Positions 48,513-58,386 of a stretch of 64,000 bases of DNA are shown piece after piece. The stretch covers positions 1 through 64,000 of the forward strand of contig JAQBVF010000018.1 of assembly GCA_027623675.1 (NCBI GenBank). The letters run 5' to 3'. Made by a program: the position numbers and the translations under genes. This stretch comes from Chloroflexota bacterium. Its GTDB lineage: Bacteria > Chloroflexota > Dehalococcoidia > Lucifugimonadales > UBA3495. Position 1 is the stretch's first letter; every line of letters begins with the position of its first letter. The notes beneath the pieces are model-generated. The model did no database searches. It saw only the letters and a list, made by a program, of their open reading frames with translations, and had not been told where the DNA came from.

Positions 48513-50885
48513 GTGGCCAGTTCAGTTGGGAGGAAGCGGCGCGATGCCGCTTCGCCATCGATAAAGGAAGTCGTTAAAGGAACCCCCGGGTCGCTCATAG
48601 ACGCCCTGGTAGTCTTAGCTATCGGTTTGTCTGTCGGGCTCTACTTCGGTTTCTCTGCTGACGCGCGTGAATGGGCCATCGAAGCCCTTGGATACGGCTG
48701 GGTTCCCGTTGGCCTCTGGATCGCCGTAACCATCGCCACGCTCCGCTATAGCCGCCGCACCCTCTTCAGCCATTGGCGACATTGGACCGTGGCCGCCGCA
48801 TTGACCGCCATGTCCATCGGCGTGCTGTCCACCATATTCCCCCCGGACGGAGCTCTTGAATACGTGAGCCTTGGAGGAAGGTGGGGCGCCGTCCTGGGCG
48901 GGACCCCCGTGATATTGGCCGTTCTCAAGATTTCAGGAATGGCCCTGATACTGCCCCTCGTAATCAGACCCAAGAGGGCTGGCTGGCTCTATTTCCGGTA
49001 CGCCAGGAAGGGGCTTCTCTGGTTCCAGCTAGGTCTCATTTCTCTCTACATCGGCGCCTCCCACACCGCCAGGTTCTTGGACCGCCGGTTTCGTGTCTTG
49101 CGCTACGGCGTGCTCCGCCACAGCAAGGGCCGGTCACTGTTGAAGCTGCTGATTCTCGGCCCATCAAAGTCACCCGTGCGCACAAAAGCCTTTCAGGGAG
49201 ACCTGGATGAAGACCTTAAGAGCCTAGAGTCCGGTCTTGGATCTCGCCGGCAGACCAACGCGGCAGATGATTTTGGGTTGATGGGCGCTGACAGCGATGA
49301 CGAAGACCGGTGGGCCATGCCATCGTCGGGCCTGATACCCACCTGGGACTCGGACGAACCCGCCCCGCGGAACTCCCCTGGGGCATCCAGGGCCATCGCC
49401 GCCGGAAAAGGCGCGGTGAGCGGGGCTGCCGCCGATGCCGGACCAGTGAGGAAAGGCAAGGGGGGTTGGCAGGTACCCTCGGTGGACCTGCTGTCGCCGC
49501 CCGACACCCATCATGCTCCCGAAGCGGCCCTTCAAGAGATGGCGCGTCTGGTGGAGACCACCCTGGGCGACCATGGTGTCAGGGTCGAGGTCACCGACAT
49601 TAAGGCCGGGCCCAGGATCGTGCGCTTCGGCCTGGTTCCCGGATGGGTCTCCAGGCGTGGGGACGGCGCCCGCGCCGCCATCGGCCTGGACAAGGACAAC
49701 TCCGACCCATCGGCCCTGGAACGCAGCCGGGTGAAAGTCCAGAGCATCCTGATCCGCGAGAAGGACATGGCCCTAGCCCTGAAGACCCCCTATCTGAGGA
49801 TCGAGGCGCCGGTGCCCGGAGAGGCTCTGGTGGGTCTGGAAGTGCCCAGTCCCTCGCCCAGCAAGGTCCACCTGCGAGAGGTTATGGAAACCTCCGCCTT
49901 CGCCAGGATAGCGGCCAAGGGCGGCCTGCCCATCGCCTTGGGCCAGGACACTGGGGGCAGCTCGGTGGTGCTGGACCTGGCATCGCTGCCACACATGCTG
50001 ATCGCTGGCGCCACCGGCAGCGGCAAGAGTGTCTGCATCAACTCCATCGTGGCGTCGTTCCTGCTGACCAAGACGCCAGACCAGTTGCGCATACTCATGG
50101 TGGACCCCAAACGGGTGGAGCTGACGCCATTCAACGGCATCCCCCATCTCATCGGCCCGGTGATCGTTGACGCCCATGAAGTCAACACCGCCCTGCGCGG
50201 CTTGATCCGGGAGATGCTGGCACGCTACAAGTTGATGGAGGAAACCGGCGCCCGGAACATCGACGGCTACAACAAACGGGCCAAAGACAAGATGCCCTTC
50301 CTGGTGTTGATCGTCGACGAGCTGGCCGACCTGATGATGGTTGGCGGGTTCGAGGTGGAGCAGAACCTGGTGCGGCTGGCCCAACTGGGGCGGGCCACCG
50401 GGATCCACCTGGTGCTGGCCACCCAGCGGCCCTCGGTGAATGTGGTGACCGGGCTGCTCAAGGCGAATATACCCGCCCGAGCCGCCTTTGCCGTGGCCTC
50501 CCAGGTTGATTCCAGGGTAATCCTGGACGCCATCGGGGCGGAGAAGTTGTTGGGCAAGGGCGATATGCTCCTGCTGCACAACGAGTCTCCCAAGCCCAGC
50601 CGCGTCCAAGGCACCCTGGTTTACGATCAGGAGATCGACCACATGGTGGAGTTCTGGTTGAGTCAGGAAGGCCCTCCGGTGCCGGCCATCGACTTGGGTG
50701 AGCCTGATGTGGGGGAGGACGGGGATGGCGTGGACGCCCGCATCATGGAGGAAGCCAGAGAGTTGGCAGCCCGAAACCCTCAGTTGACCTCGTCATACCT
50801 GGAGCGGCGCCTGAAGATCGGTTCACGCAAAGCCGAAGAGGTGATGGAGACTCTGGAGGAAGAAGGGTTCTTCGATCCCCGCTAA
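48513..50885 (+). CDS. ftsK: FtsK/SpoIIIE DNA translocase
   Basis: N-terminal TM helices; PHMLIAGATGSGKS, VDELADLM, LATQRPS; C-terminal gamma winged helix. Confidence 0.95.
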   Translation: MASSVGRKRRDAASPSIKEVVKGTPGSLIDALVVLAIGLSVGLYFGFSADAREWAIEALGYGWVPVGLWIAVTIATLRYSRRTLFSHWRHWTVAAALTAMSIGVLSTIFPPDGALEYVSLGGRWGAVLGGTPVILAVLKISGMALILPLVIRPKRAGWLYFRYARKGLLWFQLGLISLYIGASHTARFLDRRFRVLRYGVLRHSKGRSLLKLLILGPSKSPVRTKAFQGDLDEDLKSLESGLGSRRQTNAADDFGLMGADSDDEDRWAMPSSGLIPTWDSDEPAPRNSPGASRAIAAGKGAVSGAAADAGPVRKGKGGWQVPSVDLLSPPDTHHAPEAALQEMARLVETTLGDHGVRVEVTDIKAGPRIVRFGLVPGWVSRRGDGARAAIGLDKDNSDPSALERSRVKVQSILIREKDMALALKTPYLRIEAPVPGEALVGLEVPSPSPSKVHLREVMETSAFARIAAKGGLPIALGQDTGGSSVVLDLASLPHMLIAGATGSGKSVCINSIVASFLLTKTPDQLRILMVDPKRVELTPFNGIPHLIGPVIVDAHEVNTALRGLIREMLARYKLMEETGARNIDGYNKRAKDKMPFLVLIVDELADLMMVGGFEVEQNLVRLAQLGRATGIHLVLATQRPSVNVVTGLLKANIPARAAFAVASQVDSRVILDAIGAEKLLGKGDMLLLHNESPKPSRVQGTLVYDQEIDHMVEFWLSQEGPPVPAIDLGEPDVGEDGDGVDARIMEEARELAARNPQLTSSYLERRLKIGSRKAEEVMETLEEEGFFDPR

Positions 50886-50923
50886 CCAGCCGTGTGCGCT
50901 TCAGTCCGGAAAGTTACCAGGTC

Positions 50924-50959
50924 AAAACGGCGAGTCACAACACTCGCCGTTTTCTTTTT
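50924..50959 (+). terminator. Rho-independent terminator after ftsK
   Basis: AAAACGGCGAGT-CACAAC-ACTCGCCGTTTT followed by CTTTTT. Confidence 0.8.
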
Positions 50960-51059
50960 GGCCTAATCTTGGCGGGCTAATTTCACGGGGCATTTTTAAT
51001 AAAAGCCCCGGTTTGCTATCATTGCCCCATCTTGAGAATCCACATTCGCGAATCAACCA

Positions 51060-51698
51060 TTGCTGATTGACCTTCACACCCATAGTTACCCCCACTCTGA
51101 CGATAGTTTCATGAGCGTGGACGAATTGATCGAAGGCTCCAAGTCGCTGGGATTGGACGGCATCTGTCTCACCGACCACGACAATTTCTGGACCGATGAA
51201 GAGGTCGATAGTCTTTCCCGCAAGCACGATTTCCTGGTGATTCCAGGATGTGAGATTAATACGGACGCCGGCCACGTATTAGTATTTGGACTAACCGGTT
51301 ATACCTTTGGCATGCACAAGCCCGAGGTCCTGCGGGAATACGTAGAACGGGCGGGGGGCGCCATGATCGCGGCGCATCCCTACCGCCGGCGCTTCCTGGA
51401 GGAACCGGCCGAGAAGCCGGGAGCCAGGGACGAGATGCTGGAACGGGCCGGCGGGGACGAGTTCTTCCAGATGTGCCAGGGCATTGAGGCGCTGAATGGC
51501 CGGGGGTTGGAGATTCAGAACCGGTTTTCATTGGACCTGTGCGGACGTATGAGTGTGAACATGACAGCCGGCAGCGACGCGCACAAGGTGGAACAGATCG
51601 GGACGGTTGCCACCGAATTCGAGAGGCCGGTATCGTGCCTGAAAGAGTTGATCAAGGAGCTGCGGGATGGCCGTTACCGCCCCGTGGACCTGCGTTAG
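51060..51698 (+). CDS. PHP domain phosphoesterase
   Basis: IDLHTHS, TDHD, G.EI....GH, AHPYR, GSDAH. Confidence 0.9.
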   Translation: MLIDLHTHSYPHSDDSFMSVDELIEGSKSLGLDGICLTDHDNFWTDEEVDSLSRKHDFLVIPGCEINTDAGHVLVFGLTGYTFGMHKPEVLREYVERAGGAMIAAHPYRRRFLEEPAEKPGARDEMLERAGGDEFFQMCQGIEALNGRGLEIQNRFSLDLCGRMSVNMTAGSDAHKVEQIGTVATEFERPVSCLKELIKELRDGRYRPVDLR

Positions 51699-51771
51699 CC
51701 ATAAGACGAGACATTTGCCATATCGCCGGAGAGGGCCGGTCCGGATACTTTGACGGGAAGGATTGGCGTAT

Positions 51772-52758
51772 ATGACCGAACTGCTAAAGATAGAAGACCT
51801 CACCGTGAGCTTCCGCACCTCCGCGGGTCGTGTGAAAGCCCTGAACAATGTGGACGTCACCCTGGACGAGGGCGAGGTGTACTGCATGGTTGGGGAGAGC
51901 GGCGCTGGCAAGAGCACGCTGGCCCTGGCCGTGATGGGACTATTGCCGCAGAACTCCGAGGTCTCCGACGGCCGGATCATGTACAAAGATATCGACCTGC
52001 TGCGGGCCGGCCCGGAACAGATGCGTGACCTGAGGGGCAGAGAGATATCGCTGGTTTTCCAGGATGCTCAAGCGGCCCTGAATCCCATCGAGTCCATCGG
52101 CCCTCAGCTGGAAGAGGTCATATTGGAGCACAGCGACATCTCGCTCCGGGTCGCCAACAGCATGGCCCAAGACATCCTCTACGAGATGGGTCTGCCCGAC
52201 CCCAAACGGATCATGGGCCAGTATCCCTTCGCCCTCAGCGGAGGCATGTGCCAGCGGGTGATGATGGCCATGGCTCTGGTGCTGCGCCCCAAATTATTGA
52301 TCGCCGACGAACCGACTTCGGGCCTGGACGTCACCATTCAAGCCGAGATATTGCACCGCCTCAAGGACCTGGTAAAGGAACAGAACTCCTCGATCCTGCT
52401 CATCACCCACGACATGGGAGTGGTGGCGGCCATGGCCAACAAGGTGGGGGTGATCTATGCGGGCACCGTGGTGGAGAACGCCGACGCGGTGCCTCTGTTC
52501 CGACGGCCACGGCACCCGTACACCTGGTCGCTGCTGCAAGCCCTGCCGCGTATCGACGACCCTGGCCGGAGGATCGAGCCGATGCCGGGCAACCCTCCCG
52601 ACCTGATCAACCTCCCGGATGAGTGTCCCTTTGTGCCCCGGTGCTTCAAGGCCCAGAGCCAATGCCGGGAGCAACCGAAGCCGGAGTTTCGGGAGATCGA
52701 AGGTCGGCATTTCGTCGCCTGCTACAACCCGGTGGAGCCGCCGGCGCTGGAGGACTAG
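51772..52758 (+). CDS. Oligopeptide/dipeptide ABC transporter ATPase (OppD/DppD-like)
   Basis: GESGAGKS, LSGGMCQR, ADEPT, HPYT..L, CPF.PRC. Confidence 0.93.
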   Translation: MTELLKIEDLTVSFRTSAGRVKALNNVDVTLDEGEVYCMVGESGAGKSTLALAVMGLLPQNSEVSDGRIMYKDIDLLRAGPEQMRDLRGREISLVFQDAQAALNPIESIGPQLEEVILEHSDISLRVANSMAQDILYEMGLPDPKRIMGQYPFALSGGMCQRVMMAMALVLRPKLLIADEPTSGLDVTIQAEILHRLKDLVKEQNSSILLITHDMGVVAAMANKVGVIYAGTVVENADAVPLFRRPRHPYTWSLLQALPRIDDPGRRIEPMPGNPPDLINLPDECPFVPRCFKAQSQCREQPKPEFREIEGRHFVACYNPVEPPALED

Positions 52759-52887
52759 CGGTCAGCTATCGGCGCGCAACAGCACGTGAGCTTGGCGTAG
52801 GAGCCGGAAGACTCGAAGCGGGATTTCCGTCATCGGACAAGCGGGGTGGGGCGCCGGAGGTAATCGAGTTAAGGCCCCGCCTGGAGC

Positions 52888-53913
52888 TCAGCCCGGACCG
52901 GCCACGCTGTCGCCGGCCAGCAGTTCTAGGGCGAGGTCGGGGGCGAGCTTGCCCCGTTTGATGGCGAGGTCAGTCTCCAGGAGCCGGTTATAGCGCGTGA
53001 TGATATCCGGCATGGGATGACGCCGGGCCTGCTCCGTGGTTTTCCGCACCACGAAATCTGAGGTCGTGCCCAGGCGGCCCCGCATCTCGCTCTGCGGCAG
53101 ACCTCGGTCGATGGAGTCTCTAGCCAGGGCCAGCAGGCGCAACTGGCGTTCGACCATGCCGATGATCTGGGAAGCATCCTGGCCGTCTTCCTTCAGCCGG
53201 TGGAGCAGCCGCAAGGCTACGCCGGGCCGCCCGTCGATCATGGCGTCGATGGCGGCGAAGATGCTGGCCTCACGCACCTGAGAGACCATCTCGTTCACAT
53301 CCGATTCCTCTATCTGCCGTCCGGCGCAATATAGGGACAGCTTTTCCAATTCTTGGGTCAGGGTCCAGAGGTCGCTGCCAACCAGGTCGGTGATCGACCG
53401 GATGGCCGCCGGGCTGATAAACGCCCCCCTTTCCTCAGCAGCAGACTTAACCCAGCGGGCCAGTTCTTCACCTTTTGGCGCGGGCAAATCCTCGTCGTTG
53501 GCCAGGGGTTTCAGCATCCGCAGCATGGGGTTGGTGGCTTTGATGACGCCGTCAGTGAAAACCAGAACGGTGGTATCCGGCATCTGGGGGATGGCGTCGC
53601 CCAGGGCCTTCCACTGGCTGGCAACGCTTGTTTCCTTGGTAGAACCGCCGGTAGCCCCGCCGGCAGGCCCACGACGGGCGCTTCGGCCTTTGGGTTCCGC
53701 GGTGCCCAGCAGACCTTCGACGATCACCAGGCGGTAATCGTCCATGAAAGGCAGGGCGTTGCACATGCTGAGGAGTTCGCCGGGTTTGGTCTGCGACCCG
53801 ATCATGCGGTGCCGGTTGGCGTCCAGCACATCCGCGGCCCCCGACTCGACGATCAACTCGCTCAGCCGTTGGGGCACCAGGAAACTGTCGCCGTGGAGGA
53901 GATGTACTGGCAT
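52888..53913 (-). CDS. holA: DNA polymerase III delta subunit
   Basis: LLHG...FL, LPF...RLVIV, ELEKL.LY, IF...DA, D..IK.G. Confidence 0.9.
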   Translation of the reverse strand: MPVHLLHGDSFLVPQRLSELIVESGAADVLDANRHRMIGSQTKPGELLSMCNALPFMDDYRLVIVEGLLGTAEPKGRSARRGPAGGATGGSTKETSVASQWKALGDAIPQMPDTTVLVFTDGVIKATNPMLRMLKPLANDEDLPAPKGEELARWVKSAAEERGAFISPAAIRSITDLVGSDLWTLTQELEKLSLYCAGRQIEESDVNEMVSQVREASIFAAIDAMIDGRPGVALRLLHRLKEDGQDASQIIGMVERQLRLLALARDSIDRGLPQSEMRGRLGTTSDFVVRKTTEQARRHPMPDIITRYNRLLETDLAIKRGKLAPDLALELLAGDSVAGPG

Positions 53914-54162
53914 AGGGCCTCCGCGAGAAGGGGTGCGTGGTCCGGTTATCCGGATTGGCTGGCCGGGCGGCCTGAATTATATCACCGGCCGATCTGGCCT
54001 TCGCACGGATCGGGGCGGGGCCATTGTCAGTAGCAAGGGTGGCTGCCGTTCCGGTGGCGGGAGGGCTGGCGGCGTGGCTGGCTGTGCGGTTTGTTGTGTG
54101 GTTTAATGATGCGAGCTTCAGATAAGAAGAATCAAAATCTCCGATGTTATGAGAAGTCACAG

Positions 54163-55203
54163 ATGGAATTTGCCCTTTTCTCACACGTACCCTGGCCCGA
54201 AGGGACCAACCCCAAGCAGGTCTACGATGACATCACCGAAGAGTTTCAATTAGGCGAAGAACTGGGATTCAAAAGCGCCTGGATGGCGGAGCACCATTTT
54301 ACCCGCTACGGACTAGGCGCCGCGCCGATGGTGCTTGCCAGCAATATCCTGGCTAAGACCACAACCTTGCGGTTGGGATTCGCCGTTCTGGTATCGCCGC
54401 TCCATCTTCCGGCCAGATTGGCTGAAGAGGTTGCGACCTTGGATGTGCTGAGCGGAGGGCGGGTTGACGTGGGGTTCGGCCGGGGCGCCGCCGGGTCCGA
54501 GTACAACGTGGCCAATGTCCCCGGAGAAGAGAGCCAATCCCGGTTTCAAGAGTCCATCACCATGGTTGAAGGTCTCTGGACGAACAGGGACTACAGTTTT
54601 GAAGGGCAGCACTACAAGATAACCAGGGCCAACCTGGTCCCGCAGCCGGTGCAGCAACCCCATCCGCCGATCTACATCGCCGCCACCCGCACCAAGGCGA
54701 CCCAGGAATTCGTCGCCGGAACGGGGCACCCCCTGATCATCGGAGTGGTCCTGGATACGGTGGACGCCCTGAACCTATGTCACACCATGGTCGGCCTGGC
54801 CAAGTCCAAGGGCAACAACATGACAATGGACCAGATCCCCTTCTTCCGCTATTTCTATGTGGCTGAGACGGAGGAGCAGGCCAAGGCCGACACTAAGGCG
54901 GCTCTGGACTGGAACATAGACATGATCCAGTGGCGGCGCACGTTTGATGTTGGCAGTGAGGTCTGGGAGAAGATGGAAGACTTCCGAAGAACCCGCACGG
55001 AGCTTCCGCCCAGCTACGAGTACCTGTACGAGAACCGGGCCTTCATCGGCGACCCGGACCAAATCACCGCCAAGATCAAAGCACTGCAGGATGAGGGTAT
55101 CAACCTCTTTGGCTGCAACTTCTCATTTGGCGGTATGCCTCAGGACAAGGTGCTCAGGTCCATGAACCTATTCGCCAAAGAGGTCATGCCCGCGTTCAAG
55201 TAG
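54163..55203 (+). CDS. LLM-class flavin-dependent monooxygenase
   Basis: W.AEHHF, P.RLAEE.ATLD.LSGGR.D.G.GRG, P.P.Q.PHPPI. Confidence 0.92.
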   Translation: MEFALFSHVPWPEGTNPKQVYDDITEEFQLGEELGFKSAWMAEHHFTRYGLGAAPMVLASNILAKTTTLRLGFAVLVSPLHLPARLAEEVATLDVLSGGRVDVGFGRGAAGSEYNVANVPGEESQSRFQESITMVEGLWTNRDYSFEGQHYKITRANLVPQPVQQPHPPIYIAATRTKATQEFVAGTGHPLIIGVVLDTVDALNLCHTMVGLAKSKGNNMTMDQIPFFRYFYVAETEEQAKADTKAALDWNIDMIQWRRTFDVGSEVWEKMEDFRRTRTELPPSYEYLYENRAFIGDPDQITAKIKALQDEGINLFGCNFSFGGMPQDKVLRSMNLFAKEVMPAFK

Positions 55204-55213
55204 CTGGCCGGCG

Positions 55214-55508
55214 TCATAATTCCGGGCTTTCACTGCGGTTGGAATGCGAGAATGCTAGTATCTCGATTGAATCGGGGAGCGCCCGATAGTAAAGATGATA
55301 TCGGAGTCGGCCTAAGTGGACTCGCCGGACGCCTTGCAGCGACGCATTGTCGCAAGGGCTCCAATGCCGGGATGCACCGAGATCAATTCAAGGCCTGTCG
55401 TAGGTCATCTCGCAATGCGAGCGGAGCGGCAGGCCGGTTCACCCGCCACCGATCCGCTGCCTCATGAATCCGCAAATAGGCGCTATGGGTAACTCTGATC
55501 AATGCCAT
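55214..55508 (-). pseudogene. RelE/ParE-family toxin with two frameshifts
   Basis: MALIRVTHSAYLRIHEAADRWRVNRPAAPLALRDDLRQA /fs/ ELISVHPGIGALA /fs/ NASLQGVRRVHLGRLRYHLYYRALPDSIEILAFSHSNRSESPEL*. Confidence 0.75.
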
Positions 55509-55516
55509 GATGACGG

Positions 55517-55705
55517 CTAAGAGATTTTCTGAATCACGTCATCGCCGTCAATCACCTCACCCTTGTCAGCTTCAGAGATGGATTGAAGAAGGGCAGCCTC
55601 GTCCTCAGCCGGCAGCGTAAATTCACTCTCATCGGGGACCAAGATCGTGACGCTGGAACCTTCATCGAGCGGTTCGCCTTGTACGACCACTTGCCCTTGG
55701 TGATT
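55517..55705 (-). pseudogene. 5'-truncated cognate antitoxin
   Basis: GQVVVQGEPLDEGSSVTIL...FTLPAEDEAALLQSISEADKGEVI; lies immediately upstream of the parE-like remnant; no good start or RBS. Confidence 0.6.
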
Positions 55706-55742
55706 CGCGCGTCGAAAGTTTAGCCTCGGTCGCTCGCGATTT

Positions 55743-56153
55743 CTACGGGTGGGCCGGCAGGCGTTCTCCGTGGAAGCCGGAGCGGTCTTCGAAGGATGTT
55801 CCCGGCTCGGGGTAGACCTGGTGGTAGAGTCCCCTGGTGCGGGCTTTGATGGTCTCATTGACCCGCAGATATAGCTCTGTGGGGTGGGCGTTCTGGTCCT
55901 TGTACATCTCGCTCTGCAGCGGGCTGCCGTCTTCCATTTCCCAGATGCAAAGGTACTGTAGGGCGTTGTTGCCGTCTTCCAGCTTGAAGCGGCGGGCGCT
56001 GACGTAACCGGGGATGGCCATGCGCTCGGGCAGGTGCTGTTCGTTGTACCACTTGTTGAATTCGGCTTCGTCGGCTTCATCAACTTCCATGGTCACCACT
56101 AACACGGTGTTGCCGATGTGCTGCGAGGGAGCGTTGCCGTTCCGTTGTGTCAT
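55743..56153 (-). CDS. EthD/DUF4286-like dimeric alpha-beta barrel protein
   Basis: EAEFNKWYNEQHLPER.AIPG.VSARRF, YL.IWE. Confidence 0.8.
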   Translation of the reverse strand: MTQRNGNAPSQHIGNTVLVVTMEVDEADEAEFNKWYNEQHLPERMAIPGYVSARRFKLEDGNNALQYLCIWEMEDGSPLQSEMYKDQNAHPTELYLRVNETIKARTRGLYHQVYPEPGTSFEDRSGFHGERLPAHP

Positions 56154-56324
56154 TGTTCTCACCATCTCCAGTGATTTGAGAGTCATTTACGGGATTAACC
56201 AGCCTACCAAAATACCGGCTCGCCGGTTGCGGGCGGTGGAGGGGTAGTATACCATTGGGCTGGAAATTTCAGGCGTATATTCAAGATTAACATCGAAGGT
56301 AAACGAGACCGGAAAGGGGTTTAA

Positions 56325-56807
56325 ATGAACCAGAAGGTCCGCCTAAAGGTCAACGGAACCGACCATGAATTGGACATCCCGGCGAGGCGTATGCTGGTTG
56401 ATTGCATCCGCTATGACATTGGCCTCACCGGAACCAAAGAGGGGTGCAGCGTTGGCGTTTGCGGCGCATGCGCGGTGTTGGTCGACGGCGAGATGTTCGC
56501 CTCTTGCATCACTCTGGCGGCCGCGGTGGACGGCTCGGAGATCACCACCATTGAGGGCATCGCCGAGAATGGAAACCTTCACCCCGTGCAGCAGGCGTTC
56601 ATCGACAATGGCGGGTTCCAATGCGGCATCTGCACCCCCGGCCAGGTCATCGCCGCAAAATCGTTGCTGGATGAGAACCCCAGTCCCACCGAAGACGAGA
56701 TCAAAGAGTGGATGATGGGGAACCTTTGCCGGTGCACCGGCTATTACGGCATCTTGAACTCGGTTGCCGCGGCTGCCCGGGATATGAAGGATGGGGCCGG
56801 GCGATGA
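56325..56807 (+). CDS. Xanthine oxidase family 2Fe-2S subunit (CoxS-like)
   Basis: GTKEGC..G.CGAC, QCG.CTPG, GNLCRCTGY. Confidence 0.95.
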   Translation: MNQKVRLKVNGTDHELDIPARRMLVDCIRYDIGLTGTKEGCSVGVCGACAVLVDGEMFASCITLAAAVDGSEITTIEGIAENGNLHPVQQAFIDNGGFQCGICTPGQVIAAKSLLDENPSPTEDEIKEWMMGNLCRCTGYYGILNSVAAAARDMKDGAGR

Positions 56808-57694
56808 TTGATTTCGAGTATCACCATCCCACCAGCCTGGACGAGGTGTTTGGGCTATTGGACCAGCACGGTGAAGACGCCCGGGTTCTGGCCGGCGGCA
56901 CCGCTTTGGTGATTCAGATGAAACAGCGGTTGCTCCAGCCTTCCCACGTAGTAGGACTGCGGCGGGTTTCCGGTCTCAACACCATTGAGTCCACGGCCGA
57001 CGGAGTAAGGATCGGCGCCCTCTGCACCCAACGCCAGATCGAGAACAGCCCTGTGATCAGGGACGAACTGCCCTTGTTGGCCGCGACGTTTCGGAAAGTT
57101 GCCACGCCCCGGATCCGCAACATGGCAACCGTCGGCGGCGGCTTGGTCAACGGCGACCCCAACCAAGACCCGCCCCCCTCGCTGATCGCCCTGGGAGCTT
57201 CAGCGGTGTTGAACTCGAAGAGCGGTGACCGGGTCGTTCCTCTGGAAGATTTCTTCATCGATTACTATGAAACCGACGTTCAGCAGGGCGAGGTGCTGAC
57301 CAGCGTTCTGGTCCCCCGGGCTCCCGCCGGTTCGGGCTCGGTTTACCTGAAATTTCTGCCCCGGACCGCCGATGACTACGGCACGGTTTCCGTGGCGGCA
57401 GTGGTCTCCAAAGAGCAGGACGGCTCCTGCAAGGACGTCCGTATCGTGCTCGGATCGGCAGGTGTTACACCCATCAGGGCCACCGGCGCGGAAGACGCCC
57501 TGCGGGGAAAGCCTCTCACCGACGAGAATATCCGGGCGGCGGCCTCTCTGGTGAAAGACGCTGTTGACCCTTTGGATGATTTTAGGGGCTCGGCCGAGTA
57601 CAAGACCGACATGGCCGTGGTCTTCGCCCGCCGCGCCTTGGAACAGGCCATGGCGGCCATCCCATCTAACCCCTCAGGCTCGGCAAGGGTCTAG
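56804..57694 (+). CDS. Xanthine oxidase family FAD subunit (CoxM-like)
   Basis: F.YH.P.SL.E, AGGT.L, IRN.AT.GG, D.RGS.EYK. Confidence 0.93.
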   Translation: MIDFEYHHPTSLDEVFGLLDQHGEDARVLAGGTALVIQMKQRLLQPSHVVGLRRVSGLNTIESTADGVRIGALCTQRQIENSPVIRDELPLLAATFRKVATPRIRNMATVGGGLVNGDPNQDPPPSLIALGASAVLNSKSGDRVVPLEDFFIDYYETDVQQGEVLTSVLVPRAPAGSGSVYLKFLPRTADDYGTVSVAAVVSKEQDGSCKDVRIVLGSAGVTPIRATGAEDALRGKPLTDENIRAAASLVKDAVDPLDDFRGSAEYKTDMAVVFARRALEQAMAAIPSNPSGSARV

Positions 57695-57698
57695 CGGC

Positions 57699-58157
57699 GT
57701 GAAGCTGGAGATACGATCGGTGGTGCCCGCCAGCCGCGAGGCTACTTGGGCTGCGGTCATGGACATCCCCAAGGCCGCCGGCTGCATCCCTGGGATAAAA
57801 GAGGTAACACCCGACGGCGAAGGACGCTACCAGGCCACATTGCAGGCCAGGGTCGGCCCGATGGGCATGAACCTGAGCGGCACCATCACCGTTCTGTCTC
57901 AGGACGCCGAGTCGGGTGAGGCCGAATTCTTGGTCGAGGCCAATGACCGGCGGGTCGGAGGCGGGGTCAAGACCAGCATGACCATGAAAGTGACCGCCCG
58001 GCCGGACGGCGAGACGGATTTGGAGATTGTCAGCGACACCACCTTCATGGGCCGGTTGGGCGAACTGGGCCAGCCTCTGATCCGCAGGAAGGCCCGCAAC
58101 ACGTTGGAGGACTTTTCCAAGAACCTGAGCAAGCTGCTGGCGGCGGAGTCCTCGTAG
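57699..58157 (+). CDS. CoxG/SRPBCC family protein
   Basis: W....D...A.CIPG, RVGP, G.LG.LG..LI. Confidence 0.88.
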   Translation: MKLEIRSVVPASREATWAAVMDIPKAAGCIPGIKEVTPDGEGRYQATLQARVGPMGMNLSGTITVLSQDAESGEAEFLVEANDRRVGGGVKTSMTMKVTARPDGETDLEIVSDTTFMGRLGELGQPLIRRKARNTLEDFSKNLSKLLAAESS

Positions 58158-58386
58158 CAGCCCAGTGCCCCGCTTCCATCTTCTTATCCGCTGCAACCCC
58201 GGATTAAAGGGTTCTTAGACCAGTCCTTTTCGTTGACACTGAATTTCATCGGTTCCTATACTGTTTTAAGACGCTTTTCGTTTCCCGGCCCCCGGTTCCT
58301 AGACCGGGACCTTGACCCGGTAGGGAGCGTTGGCGCGGTCGAATCGATTCTGCGGCTCAGCGCTTCGTGCGTTGCCGGGAGGGCCT

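Noticed and set aside
55517..56083. 188-aa ORF from the track
   Set aside because: It is a chimera: an alternate frame of the EthD-like gene running into the truncated antitoxin remnant.
56325..58157. Aerobic CO dehydrogenase
   Set aside because: No large subunit, so the AYxCSFR signature cannot be assessed; S/M/G are shared across the xanthine oxidase family.
58158..58386. glmS ribozyme upstream of glmS
   Set aside because: The conserved AGCGCC cleavage-site and GACGAGG core motifs are not present.
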